A stretch of DNA of 63,566 nt, the filler included, from Ministeria vibrans ATCC 50519 (Eukaryota > Protista > Filasterea), in the NCBI GenBank assembly GCA_943704425.1. It is 7 parts of 7 records of this genome, joined end to end, with 100 filler letters (N's around TTAATTAATTAA, not from the genome) between each part and the next. Parts side by side here need not be neighbours in the genome. Positions count along the whole stretch, not along the records: positions 1 to 30,515 come from CALSCP010001778.1; 6 more parts are not named here. One strand, 5' to 3'. Shown here piece after piece: positions 12,503-24,410 of the stretch. Every line of letters starts with the position of its first letter. Positions within the stretch are counted from its first letter, which is position 1. Below the pieces are notes generated by a model. That model saw nothing but the letters and a program-made list of their open reading frames with translations. It was not told the origin of the DNA and did not search any database. A program made the translations under genes and the position numbers.

Positions 12503-15112
12503 ATGTCACGAGCTGGAGTGCAGGACATGGTGTTTGCGCGGTGTGTTTGATGCTGCGTGCGGGCGGGTGTCGGTCAGATGACTGATGACTCGGAGAGACT
12601 CTGTGTTTGTTTTGCACACACACTGTTATGTTATTCTCGGTTGTTTATCGCTTCATTTATTTCCATCTCCACAGATGTCACGGGAAGATGGATCGGAATG
12701 CAGCGGAAAAGCTGTTGGACGGAGAGCATGTTGGAACGTACCTGGTGCGCGAGAGCACCAGTTCACCGGGAGATTTCAGTCTGTCATTACGGTACGAACC
12801 TTAGAGTGAAAGACAGCGTGTGTCTCATTATTTTGTTTGCCTTATAGACTGAGCAGTTCAGTAAAACACTGGAAAATCTATTACAGTCCCGAAGGAAAGT
12901 ATCACGTTGGTAAGACACCGAAAGGGAAAATAATGAAAGACAGACGCACCACTGAGTTTTTGATGTTTAGGGGGAACCGGATTCAACTCACTCGACGGAT
13001 TAGTGCAAAACGGACTGGCAACACTTGAGCCACAGCAAATTCGCGCACCAAAGCCTAACCATACACCTCCATCACTGTAACTCCTTCATCTCATCTCATC
13101 TCTTTCTCTAATCACTTTGTTTCTCTCTCTCCGTCTCCTCTCTATCACTTTGTTTTTCTCTCTCCTTCACTTGTTTTTCTCTCTGCTTCTCCTCTCTGTC
13201 ACTTTGTTTTTCTCTCTGCTTCTCCTCTCTGTCACTTTGTTTTTCTCTCTCCTTCTCCTCCCTATCACTTTGTATTTCTCTCTCCTTCTCCTCTGTATCA
13301 CTTTGTTTTTCTCTCTCTTGCTCCTCTCTATCACTTTGTTTTTCTCTCTCCTTCTCCCCTCTATCACTTTGCTTTTCTCTTTCCTTCTCCTCTCTCTTTC
13401 TATGCTTGTGTGTGTGTTAGGGAGCTCTTAACTCACCAACAGACAGCAGGAGCGGTTCCTGAACGTAGTTACCGCAAACAAGCACCGCTAGGTAAACTAT
13501 CGTATCACACATACACATCTGATCTGTTTTTATGTTTTTGTGCGTGACAGTGCCTGAGGAGCCCATTTACGATCATGCGATGAACTGCGGTCCAGTTCCT
13601 CCCCCCGAACTACCCTCACGCACTCAACGACTCACTCTGGACGATGTAACATCAGACCATCTGTTACATTTGACCCTCTTAACTCACTCTCATTCTCTTA
13701 TCTCTGTGGTTCTCAGCCTCCTGCGCCAACGGCCCTCGGTGAAGCCCCTTTGCTGACCAGGCGCGTAGCGTCCAAGCGGGAAGTGAAGCCACACAACTTC
13801 CAGCAGCGCAGTGGGGCACAGCCCACCAAGTGCGATATCTGCCGCTCCATCATGCTCGCCAAAGTTGCCATCAAATGCGCTGACTGCGGTCTTAATGTCC
13901 ATTTGGACTGTGCCCGCTCGGCCGAGGAGTGTCAGCCTCAAAAGAAACTTCTCAAACGCGGTATACTTTCGGATCATCCGTGAATGAGAGAGAGAGAGCG
14001 TGTGTGTTTGTAACACTGTCGCAAAATGTGTAGTTTTTGGGTCTGATTTGGTTGCGTATTGCAAGGCACACGAGGTGTCACTGCCGCACATTGTGACTGC
14101 ATGCATAAACGAAGTGGAAGCCAGAGGTAACACTCACTCACTCACTCCACTCAACTTAACTAAATTCAACTCATTTAACAAATTTCAACTCGCACTGTCA
14201 ACTCAAGAAAACCAACTCACTCATGTCATGCTGTGTTTAATTTTTCATCATGTTTTCAACTTCTCATCATACCCTCACTCTTATTTGTCTAATTCACTCC
14301 ATAGAGCGAAAGACTGACGTGCGTCTTTTGCACTGACTTACTTTTACTGTGTAGGAATGACGGAAGAGGGAATCTATCGCGTCTCAGGAAACAAAGTTGA
14401 GATTGAAGCTCTTAAAAAACTGTTCAACAAAGGTACGCCCATGAAAAAGTGTCACTCATTGACACTACTATGTTCTTATAGAGCCCGAAATGGCAGTGAT
14501 TCCTCCGACCATGGACATTCACGCAGTGTCGGGTGTGCTCAAGCAGTACCTTCGAGAGCTCCCGGTACCCCTTGTTCCGTTTGACCTCTACCGCTCCATG
14601 GTCAACGGCACTCGTACGTTTCCCAACGCCAACTCCAACCCGAATGACAACCTTAAATTTTTTTTTCTTATAGAAATTTCGGATGAACGATACCGCTCCA
14701 AACTCATGCGACAGGATCTGTTTGCTATGCCCGACAACCATTTTAGGGCGCTCAAGGCAATCGTTGGCCATTTGCGTCGCGTTGAGCAACTCAAGGTAGT
14801 TATTATACATTAGTAATTAATACGCCGCTCATTGACACACATATACGCACGTATACACGTATGTCAGATGAAGAACAAGATGACTTCGACCAATCTGGGA
14901 ATGGTCTTTGGGCCAACTCTGATGCGCGAACAAGTGGATGATCCTCTCAAGGCTGTTTCGGTACCTCCTCAACTGTTTCTGCTCAACAAAGGGACTTCTC
15001 TCATCCTTGTTTTTTCTTTCTCTTTGCTTAGGAATCGAATTATCTGATTCAGGTCGTGGAGAGTTTCCTCTCGCACTATACGTTTCTGTTTCAAACCGAT
15101 ACACCTCAATAA
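12503..15112 (+). CDS. Chimaerin-like SH2-C1-RhoGAP protein, multi-exon
   Basis: SH2 ([36 protein letters not shown]), C1 ([21 protein letters not shown]), RhoGAP ([46 protein letters not shown]). Confidence 0.88.
13110..13400. repeat. Intronic minisatellite built on TATCACTTTGTTTTTCTCTCT (related tracts in many introns)
   Basis: ~33 bp units here; related tracts near 3890-3960, 6330-6460, 17750-17945, 22555-22725, 52265-52480, 60020-60090, 62745-62870. Confidence 0.85.
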
Positions 15113-15510
15113 AATACATAGAATGAAGAATCAAAAAATTAATCATAGTAATAATATTTTGTTCTCTCAGTGTGCGTGCTGTTCCTCGAATTCTTCGAAT
15201 TCTTCGTACGCTCGCTGTGAGAGCGTATTTGTGGGTCTATGGGCGCCCCATCTTTTTGGAGTTAGTCTGTGGCGGAAGCATTGTATTACTCTCTTTTATA
15301 TGTGTATTAATATTTCTCTCTCTCTCTCTCTTCTTTTGACTTCATTCCTAATATTTTTAATTATTGTGGATCTACATAGGTGGCTTAGGCACTTTATCTT
15401 CTAACTTCTTAGGGCTAGCCTATGGCTGAAGCATTGTATTACCCTTCATTTTTTCCTCCTTTGTAATAAAAATACAAATTAATCAATTTTAGTTTTATTC
15501 ATATTCGCAA

Positions 15511-16533
15511 ATGATTCCCATTGGACTGTCTGCTCGTAGAGCACTGTATACCATGAGTCGAAGCGAGCTGTGCAATTGGCGCTCTGTAGCGCAAGCGCAG
15601 CTCCGAAATGTTCTCGTGAAGAGCAATGAACGGGAAATCGAAAGCGACGCGGAATCGTGGTGGAACGTCAATATGCTGCTTGGCGAAGCCATCGACCAGC
15701 CTGGACTCTCCTGGTCAGATCTCATTGAAGAGCGCGCCGAGGCATCGTGGCCTGATACGCTGAGAATGCGACTGGATGTGTCTGAACTTGATGCGTTGTG
15801 GACCCGTCGATGCCGTGAACGCGTTCCCGTGGCTTACCTCGTGGGCAAAGCGTACTGGCTCGACCTGCAGCTTGAAGTAGAGCCCGGTTCGGTGCTCATA
15901 CCGCGACCGGAGACTGAGATTCTTGCTTCGTTTGGTGTGGATGCGATCAAAGCGCGATGTGTGGACGAGACTCAAACGTGGATTGATGTGGGCACTGGGT
16001 CGGGAGCCATTGCCATTGCTCTCGCCCGCACTCTCGCAGAGCATTCACGCAGCCGTGATAGTCGAGTGCTCGCGACGGATGTTTCTCAGCGAGCGTTGGC
16101 TGTGGCACAGCGAAACGTCGCGCGGTACAACCTGGACCGGCTCGTGTGGTTTCCTTCGTGTGCCGCATCGCTCTTTGATGGTATTCCGTCGCATTACCGT
16201 GGAAAAGTAACGGGAATTCTATCAAATCCGCCCTATGTGACTGAGGGTGAGTATTCGAGTGGTGCGCTTGCGCCCGAACTGGTTCGACACGAACCCAAAT
16301 GTGCTCTCGTTGGCACGGGTACAAACCCAGACGGACTCGATGTGGTGCGCTCGCTCGCTGAGCATGCCACCGAGTGGCTTGCTTCAGGTGCCCCGCTCGC
16401 CCTTGAGATTGGACACCAGCAAGCAGCAAGCGTGGTACAGCTGCTCAGCGGCGACTCGAGTGCTTACGAACGCGTGTCGGTCGTCAAGGACTTTGCTAAC
16501 ATTGATCGCTTTGTGCACGCGTATCGAAAATAA
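15511..16533 (+). CDS. HemK/PrmC release-factor glutamine methyltransferase, intronless, plant/cyanobacterial type
   Basis: VLIPRPETE, DVGTGSGAIAIAL, SNPPY, HEPKCAL, LEIG, KDFANIDRF. Confidence 0.9.
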   Translation: MIPIGLSARRALYTMSRSELCNWRSVAQAQLRNVLVKSNEREIESDAESWWNVNMLLGEAIDQPGLSWSDLIEERAEASWPDTLRMRLDVSELDALWTRRCRERVPVAYLVGKAYWLDLQLEVEPGSVLIPRPETEILASFGVDAIKARCVDETQTWIDVGTGSGAIAIALARTLAEHSRSRDSRVLATDVSQRALAVAQRNVARYNLDRLVWFPSCAASLFDGIPSHYRGKVTGILSNPPYVTEGEYSSGALAPELVRHEPKCALVGTGTNPDGLDVVRSLAEHATEWLASGAPLALEIGHQQAASVVQLLSGDSSAYERVSVVKDFANIDRFVHAYRK

Positions 16534-16695
16534 CTGTCAAAACTCAATGAGACAATGACAAAAGTGTGTCATCATATTACCAACAAATGGTTAATTTTTT
16601 TTTTGTTGCGCAATAATACAATGAAAAATAATAATGTATTCTACTTGATAAGTTCTGACTTATGACTCACTTTTCATTATTATTTTGATTTTTGA

Positions 16696-17464
16696 ATGAC
16701 CGCGTTGGAACGAGACGACTCCAATGTGACCGTGGTCAACGACAGTCCGCGATCGTCGCTGTACTCGGCCAATGAAACGTGGGATGTGGCTGATAAGGAG
16801 TCCATCGAACGACACATCAACATGTTTCCCATGTCGGAGCCGCCGCCTGCCATGCCCCGTGCAACTATCCCTCAGCTGACTGAGCTGAGACGCGAAACAA
16901 GCGCCAACGGTTACCATCACGGGTTTGGTGAGACTCAACAAAAAAAAAACGTCTCGTTCGTTTGAAATGACCGCTCGTCTCTCTTTCTCTCTGCTTGTCT
17001 CTTTCTCTCTCTCTCTGTTTGTCTCTTCCTCTCGCCAGACGTTCAACGAATGGCCCGGTCCCGGTTAAAGCAGACGTCTCTGGTGTCGAGCCTTCTCTCT
17101 GGCTTTGCCATGGTTGCTCTTGTTGAACTTGACTTTCCCGGTTCGTCACTCTTCTTCTTCGTCCACATCATTCTTACTAATGTGTGTGTGTCTACATCGT
17201 ACGGTACGCAGGAGGTGTCCCCAACAGTCTCGTGATGACCTTTACTCTCACCACAGTCATTCTCATTGTTGTCCATTTATTTGCCCTAATGGTATGCGCC
17301 CCAATAAATAGTACATAACCAGAAGACATTCAATCCAACCCATTACCCGTTTGCTGTTATTGTCCCTCTTTGTAGGTGAGTACGTTTATCCTACCGACAA
17401 TTGACGCAGCAGACCACAGTCGGTATTTCCGTCCAAGATCATCACTCTCAAGCAACGGTATTCT

Positions 17465-17548
<84 letters not shown>

Positions 17549-18161
17549 AAACTAAATGATGCGTTTGTTAGACTTGCGGAGTTTGGGTGGACCCGAAGAG
17601 CGATTCCGCAACTACATCACACTGGCATGGATGCTCTCAACGGGCATTGGGATCATTCTGTTTCTTCTTGACGTCGCACTCATTGCGTGGGTTCGTTTTT
17701 ACCACATTCGGTACGATAGACAGAGAAGAGAAGAGAGAGAGAGGAGGGAGAAACAAACAAAGTGATAGTGATAGAGAGAAAGGAAGAGAGAGAGAGGAAA
17801 CAAAGTGATAGCGATAGAGGGAGGAAGAGAGAGAGAGAGAGAGAGTAAACAAAGTGATAGAGATAAAGAGAGATAGATAGAGAGAGAGAGAGAGAGAGGA
17901 GGGAGGGAGGGAGGGAGAAAGAAACAAAGTGATAGTGATAGAGAGAGAGAGACGCACACAATTGAGTCAGTATCGTCTCCAATTAGTCAGTGTCGTCTCA
18001 TTTCTCTCATTGTTGAATATAGAGATGTTGCGTACGCTACGACCGCCCTTGTCGTACCGCTGCTTGTCCTCTTTTTTGTTGCGGCCGTGAGCATCTACAA
18101 GCGCATTATTCTCATGCAACACGATGCCATGAGTGCCCTCTTTGCCTCCGTCCCTGTCTGA
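16696..18161 (+). CDS. ORAI: Orai CRAC-type calcium channel subunit, multi-exon
   Basis: TM1 [24 protein letters not shown], TM2 VHLFALMVSTFILP, TM3 LAWMLSTGIGIILFLLDV..WVRF, TM4 TTALVVPLLVLFF. Confidence 0.92.
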
Positions 18162-18382
18162 ATGTTCGAAAATGTTGTAAAGTTGTGTGTAAAAAACTAC
18201 GCTCCTCATTTGATTATTCATGTTTCGTTGATATGCAATCGGCCTCTGTTTATATTTGTTAAACAAATATTACTCAATGGGTTCTGGTGCAAAGGCGTGG
18301 AACACTCTTTCCCATTGTTGAAAATGAGAATTTATTCTACTGTTGATCACTGAGTGGCGTTGGCCGCGACGAAACATTTCTT

Positions 18383-18484
18383 ACATCTCCCCCAGGGGGA
18401 TAAAATGCTTCATAGTGCGTGTTGTTGGTCGTGCGCGGTGACCTGGCAAGGGTCTTGCCGACCAGTGAGTCGAGTCGGTGTCAG
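18383..18484 (-). repeat. Dispersed ~100 bp repeat, copy 1 (similar to 48696-48796)
   Basis: The reverse complement aligns with 48696-48796 (CTGACACCGAC..CACGCACTATGAAGCATTT..CCCCTGGGGGAGATGT). Confidence 0.8.
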
Positions 18485-19735
18485 TACGCCGCTGGGGTGA
18501 GCACAGTGGAACAGGAAGTGCTCTGGGGCTCTCCAGCGGTGGTTGCTGCGATTGTTGTTGTTGTTGCTTGCAGTTCACACACGGGAACGGCTGCGCGCCC
18601 GACACTGGAACTTGTTGGCCGCTGCTCAAAGACTCCGACAGGAACGTTGAACCGAGCAAAGCCAGGGCTCACCATACACCATACCGAGGCGGATGCACGC
18701 CCGATTCCGGGTTTCACTATTCATTCTGCTCTCACGACAATACAAGTTTGTCTGAAGAGATGCAGTCGGTACGACACGCATCCGCAACATTGCAATAGTC
18801 CCCTGGGGAAGAGACGTGGGCCAGAACGGCCCCGCTTTTAGCCAGTGTGGCCTGTTTCATAAACACACACAATGATACGTTTACGAACATTCGCTTGCTT
18901 ACGAGACATACTCCCCAGCGCAGCGTCCCCATTGATTTTTGACTCGTCTCTCTGTGTAGCTTCAAATTCGCGGCAAACGGATTCCTTTGGGGGAGCTGAA
19001 AGCGAAGCACAACCAAGTGAGGTTTTTTCTGCGGTTTCATGCATGTATGGCGAGCACCCGTACCGTAGGCGCAGCCGCCGCGACCCCCCCCCTCGCCAAC
19101 CCTTTCCTCAGCGTCGACGACAGCTGCCTTCGCGGCAGTCTCTAGCTCTGCTTACCCACCAACAGCATCCGCAGCGGCAATGACCACCAATTCCACGCCT
19201 GCCGCGCCACCACTGCGTCTGCCACGTCTCATGCCCAGTCGCGTTTGCAAGGCCACCACAACGCCCACGACATCATCGCCGGAGGACAACAGTTCGACAA
19301 CAGCCGCTCGCACTCTTGTGCGCTCCCCGAGTTGCCAGCGCAATCTCGCCGACGTCTCCTTCTCGACCGTTCCCAACAGATGCAGAAAGGCGTGGGCACC
19401 GGAAGCTTGCCATCGTTGACGGTGACAACGGCAACCCTTCCCTCCAAAAGCAACAGCCGCAACTCCCGCAACTCCCGCAAATCGACGACCCGTACAGCTT
19501 CATCTGCTACTTGCTCAGACTTCCTACCACCCATCTAGAGTCTGATTCCCCTGCGCGCCTTTTTTTTTTGTTTGTTTTGCGTGGAAAAAATAAAATAAAA
19601 AAGCACGTCTCAGAGTCTCAAAACCCAACTCTCTTTACCTTATAACTACACCCGTCTTATGACTCATTGATCTTGAGTTGCCGTATTACTCCCCTTTTTA
19701 TCTGACAATGTCTCAAAATATAAAAAACGGTTGAT

Positions 19736-20838
19736 TCACATGATTTGATGGCTCAGATGAGACGCGCGCTTCTGCGGACGAGGAGTATCCGCGCTGGGTC
19801 GTTTCATTGCAGCCACTGCAAAAATTCAATTTACATTATAATAATATTATTATTACTATTACTATTATTATTATCAACACCGTTTATAACAAACTTACGT
19901 TCTTCCTCGAGAAGAGTCTCCGCTTTGCTTTGACGTTGTGTCTCTTCTTTCACTTCATCGAGTACCATTCGCTGGCGCTGACGCTTTATCTCGAAGAATT
20001 TTGCTCGCAGATCATCGCCACTTTGCTCACTATGAATAAAAACATAATAATAATAATAATAATAATAATAAAGAAAATCAAGAGCTGTGCTCAATGACAA
20101 AACAAAACTAGACATTATGCAAAACAAAGAGCAGTACAATACTTCCGTTGTAGGCTTCTAGACGACAATGTCTCGAAAAAACCCATAGAGTTTTAATCAC
20201 CATAGAACTACCCACTAACCCACTAAAACAAACATTGTAAAATCGGTTTCCCTCTCTCTTTGTTCTTTGTTCTCCCTTTCTTTTGCGCAATAGACTGTAA
20301 AATGCACAAAAAACGACGTACTAAAGGTGGACGCGACCAGTCAGCATTGAGTCGATCTGGGCGGTGCATTGTTCTCCTTTGTGCTGCAGCGTCGACAACT
20401 CGTCGCTGCGACGCTGCTGTGAAGCTTGCATGTGGGCCACTTCGATCTCCAGAGCACGTCGTTCCATCTCTTTCTCCTCAACACGCTGTTGCAGCTCGAT
20501 GTTTTCTTGGTTTGCTGCAGAACAGCGAGAATGAGAAAAAGTGCGACGAAAACAAGACGTGAACGAATCTCGTTTTTGGTCTTCAAGTGCATGCGACAGA
20601 ACAGCGCGCTCCGCCCAACACAGAGTCCGTCTGATGCATCTTACGACTTACTGGGCTCCAGTTCAGTGGAAAGCACGCGTGCGGTCTCGTCGTTGAGCTT
20701 CTTGATGCGGTCCGAGTGCGATGCGTTCTCTGTCGGATTCTGTGTTGAATACACGTTGCACAGTCTTGTCCTCCTACCTTGACGCATCGAATCTAATGTG
20801 GCTTTGACTTGCGAGGCAAAATCGGTTGAGTTACTCAT
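19736..20838 (-). CDS. Hypothetical coiled-coil protein, multi-exon
   Basis: GT-AG bounded exons encoding heptad-rich segments (NQENIELQQRVEEKEMERRALEIEV; DDLRAKFFEIKRQRQRMVLDEVKEE). Divergent from GTF2H2, ~100 bp apart. Confidence 0.55.
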
Positions 20839-20934
20839 ATTTTTTGGGAGAAGACAGATAAAAATAATAATCGATTTTGATTTTTTTGAATTTCGATCAA
20901 TTTATTTGATAGTTTGTTTAACAGTTTTGTTGCA

Positions 20935-22803
20935 ATGGACATTGACGACGACGATGCGCAACAGGGGTACAAGTGGGAGCAGGAATACCAACACACCTGG
21001 TAAGCGTGTGGACTTCCAAAACAGCGTTTCGCCAACCGTTCCCTTGTCGACCCCTCTGCTCCTTTCCAGGGACTCTGTGCAGGAAGATGCGTCGGGATCG
21101 TTGAAGTATTCGATTGAGAAGCTTGCTCGAGCCCGACGAAGACGGTGCGTTGTCTGGAGAGAGAGAGAGAGAGGGAGAGAGAGAGAGAGAGAGAGGTCTG
21201 TTCGTTTCTGTGTTCTTCGCTCACCCGATTGCATTTTCTGGTTCTCTCTTTCGTCGCCAGACTGCAGCAGAATGCGGTGGCAGTCCGACGAGGAATGATG
21301 CGGCACGTGTTTATCATCGTGGACACGTCGATGAGCATGATGGACGCGGACATGAAGCCCAACCGGCTCGAGGCAGTCATCGCCATGCTGAAGCCCTTTC
21401 TCACCGAGTTCTTCCACCAAAACCCCATTTCGCAGGTCGGCATCATTGCCACCAACGAGTGCAAGGCAGAGCTTATCATTGAGCTAAGCAGCAGCACGGA
21501 GCGCATCTCGGCTGCCATTGATGCCATGGCAAAGCGAGTCAGCGACCGAGTCGCAGCACACGGCGCAGAAACAGGTATGAGTGGTCTGCTATTTTTTGCG
21601 TGTCTGTGAAACAACCATTCGTCTTTTTTCTTCTTCTTTGAGAGTAGGCTTGGGCCAACCCTCGTTGAAAGCCGCTTTGGAGTGGGCGCACCAGTGTCTG
21701 TGTAGTGCGCCAGGCCATGCAAGTCGCGAATGCCTTGTCATCTTCGGCGCTCTCACAACCTGCGACGCTGGCGACATTGAACAGACTATCAACACACTAA
21801 AAGTATGACACACACACACACAAAGAGAAACGAAAAAAACCTCCCCCCATTGCGTCATGGTACAGGAGTCACACGTGCACTGCAGCGTCCTCCACGTGTG
21901 CGCACAGCTGCACATTCTGCAGCATCTCACCACACACACATCGGGTGCATTCCATCACATTGCGCTCGACGCAGACCACTTCCAGTCCCTCCTAGCCCGT
22001 CTTGTTTCTCCTCCCATTGCTGATAAGCTTGCAAAGGCTGCACTTCTTCAAATGGGGTTTCCCCAACGACTCATTTCCAATACTCCCTCTCTCTGTGTCT
22101 GGTAACAATCATTCAATATTCAATCAAACACAAAGGCGGTTTTACTGATTTTTTGTGTGTGTACACAGCCACTCAAAACCGACACTCATTGGCTATTTCT
22201 GTCCTCAATGCGACTGTAAATACTGTGAATTACCAGTTAGCTGTAAAACCTGTGGACTCACTTTAGGTACACTACAAGACACAAGCAGAAAGAGAGTTAT
22301 AAAGACAGCTATGTTTTTATTTTAGCACAATCGTCTCATCTCGCTCGTTCCTATCACCATTTGTTTCCCTTGCGAATGTTTGATGAAGTATCTCCCGAGA
22401 AACGATCGGTGAATGAGTCTCAGTGCTCTGCGTGCGCCGCATCATTTGAAGACCATTCGTCCTTTAGGTACCAATCACACCCACACACCCACACCCATAA
22501 GCAGTGCACTATTAATTATGTTTTGTGTGTGTGAGTGTATGCGTCTCATTCTCTTTCTATCACTTTGATTTCTTGCTATCACTTTGATCTCTTTCTATCA
22601 CTTTGTTCTCTTTCTATCACTTTGTTCTCTTTTTATTACTTTGTTCTCTTTTTATTACTTTGTTCTCTTTTTATTACTTTGTTCTCTTTTTATTACTTTG
22701 TCTCTTTTTATTACTTTGTTTTTCTCTCTCTATTCTCTGTTTCTTTCTCCCCTCTCTCTGTCTTTTTGTCTGTTTGTCTGTCTGTCTCTGTTCCTCTTCC
22801 CTT

Positions 22804-22839
<36 letters not shown>

Positions 22840-23021
22840 CTTTTCTCTAACGCTCTGTCGCACTCTCTCTCTTGTCCTGCCCCCGTTTGTGTGTGTGTGT
22901 CAGATGTCCACAATGTGCCTGTCACGTGTGCGACCAATGCGATGCATACGCACACGAGTCCCTCCACAACTGTCCCTCCTGCGGTATTTGCGTGGTCGAC
23001 AGTGCCACTGTCACTTCATAG
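20935..23021 (+). CDS. GTF2H2: TFIIH subunit p44/Ssl1
   Basis: [106 protein letters not shown]. Confidence 0.95.
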
Positions 23022-23138
23022 TATCACACACACACGCACGCGCTGTCGGGGTTTGTACACTTCTATGATAGATACATAAGTTTATCGAGTTCACATTTAC
23101 ATAATTATGAAAACAAAGTAGAAGAAAAAAAGGGAGAG

Positions 23139-24221
23139 TCAAAAGAGGGATTTCAGGTCAGACGCATGAGCAATAAGCTCACGAGACTCACTGGGATCAA
23201 CCACAATGTGATTGAGCTTGTCCATCAGATCCAGCAAGCGCATTGTCGTGCGGTGCGCGCGACGAACCCCCCCAAGCTCCTTGAGCGCCGTGACAGCGTG
23301 CACTCGCATGCGGGCGCCCAGGAGCGTCTCCGGCGGTGTACACAGCATTGCCACCAAGTATTCAATCACACTGTACCGCGCCATTTTCATTGCAAGCTCC
23401 TCTTGTTGCTCTGCTAAGTTGCTCAGTGTCGCAGGAGTGTCGCAGCCGCTGTACCGCACCGCCACCTCAGCGCCATCCGAGAACGGCGTCCCAGTCCCGC
23501 TGCTTCCGTGCGCTTCCGCACCAGCTCTACCAGCATCTCCAATGCACCTGTGCGACCTACAACACTGCAAGTGTTCGCTGCGCCGGACGCGGTCAGTGCG
23601 CGCAGCAGCTCAGCCGCACCACACTTCCGCCACACTGCACCTCAATGGCAAGGAATTCCTCCTCATCCTGTTCTCCCCTCTTCGGCGTCTCGCGTCGTGT
23701 CAGCAGCTTAAAAATAAGCTCCAGACGAGCCACGCTGCTCAATGTGGGGCGTATCGCGCTACTCTCGGTCGCAATGCGTCGTAGTCGCTTCAGCGCCGCA
23801 CTCAACTGCTGATCAGCCTCAAACATCGCCACAAGGTCGGGCACCGACTGGTCTACCTCATAGCCCACGGGTGCCTCTGTGAGCGCCTACATCCACAACG
23901 ACCGCACTTCTTGCAGCAGGCACGACTGCGGAGGCAGCACATGCGACAGGGTGCCACACACACCGCCGCACCCTTCGCCCATCCACTCCTCCAACAGCTC
24001 CAGCAACGCACCAAAGACACCCTCAACAGCACCGCCAATCTCGGTGGCGTGCACTGCAAGAGTGCGCACAACATGCGATCGAGCAGAAACGGAGCGTGAC
24101 GAGCTCAGATGCACCCTTGCAAAAAAAAAAAAAAACGCAGCAGTGCCACCAGTCGACACACACTGTCCACCGCCATATCTTTGAAAAGATTCTTTGCTGG
24201 CGAGTACGCACCCAGGAGCAT
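23139..24221 (-). CDS. Hypothetical helical/armadillo-like protein, multi-exon
   Basis: Spliced exons with ARM-like amphipathic helices (TLSNLAE, VIEYLVAML, HAVTALKEL). No family recognised. Confidence 0.5.
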
Positions 24222-24410
24222 TTCCTCCTCTACCTTAGTGTACTCTCGCGAAAACACCCCCGCAAGCAGACACTCGTGCAACGCTACAGATGCATCGCAG
24301 TAGACGGCAGTCCTGTCACACTCCGACGCAAAGACGAAAATGAAAAAGTACGAAATGAAACTGATCTTTGGATAATTATGTTTAACGGTGCTAAAGAGGT
24401 GGCGACGAGC

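Noticed and set aside
12498-12700. In-frame TGA (possible Sec or alternative code) at the first chimaerin splice junction
   Set aside because: A phase-2 donor near 12541 gives a clean open frame ([17 protein letters not shown]); other genes use TGA as a normal stop.
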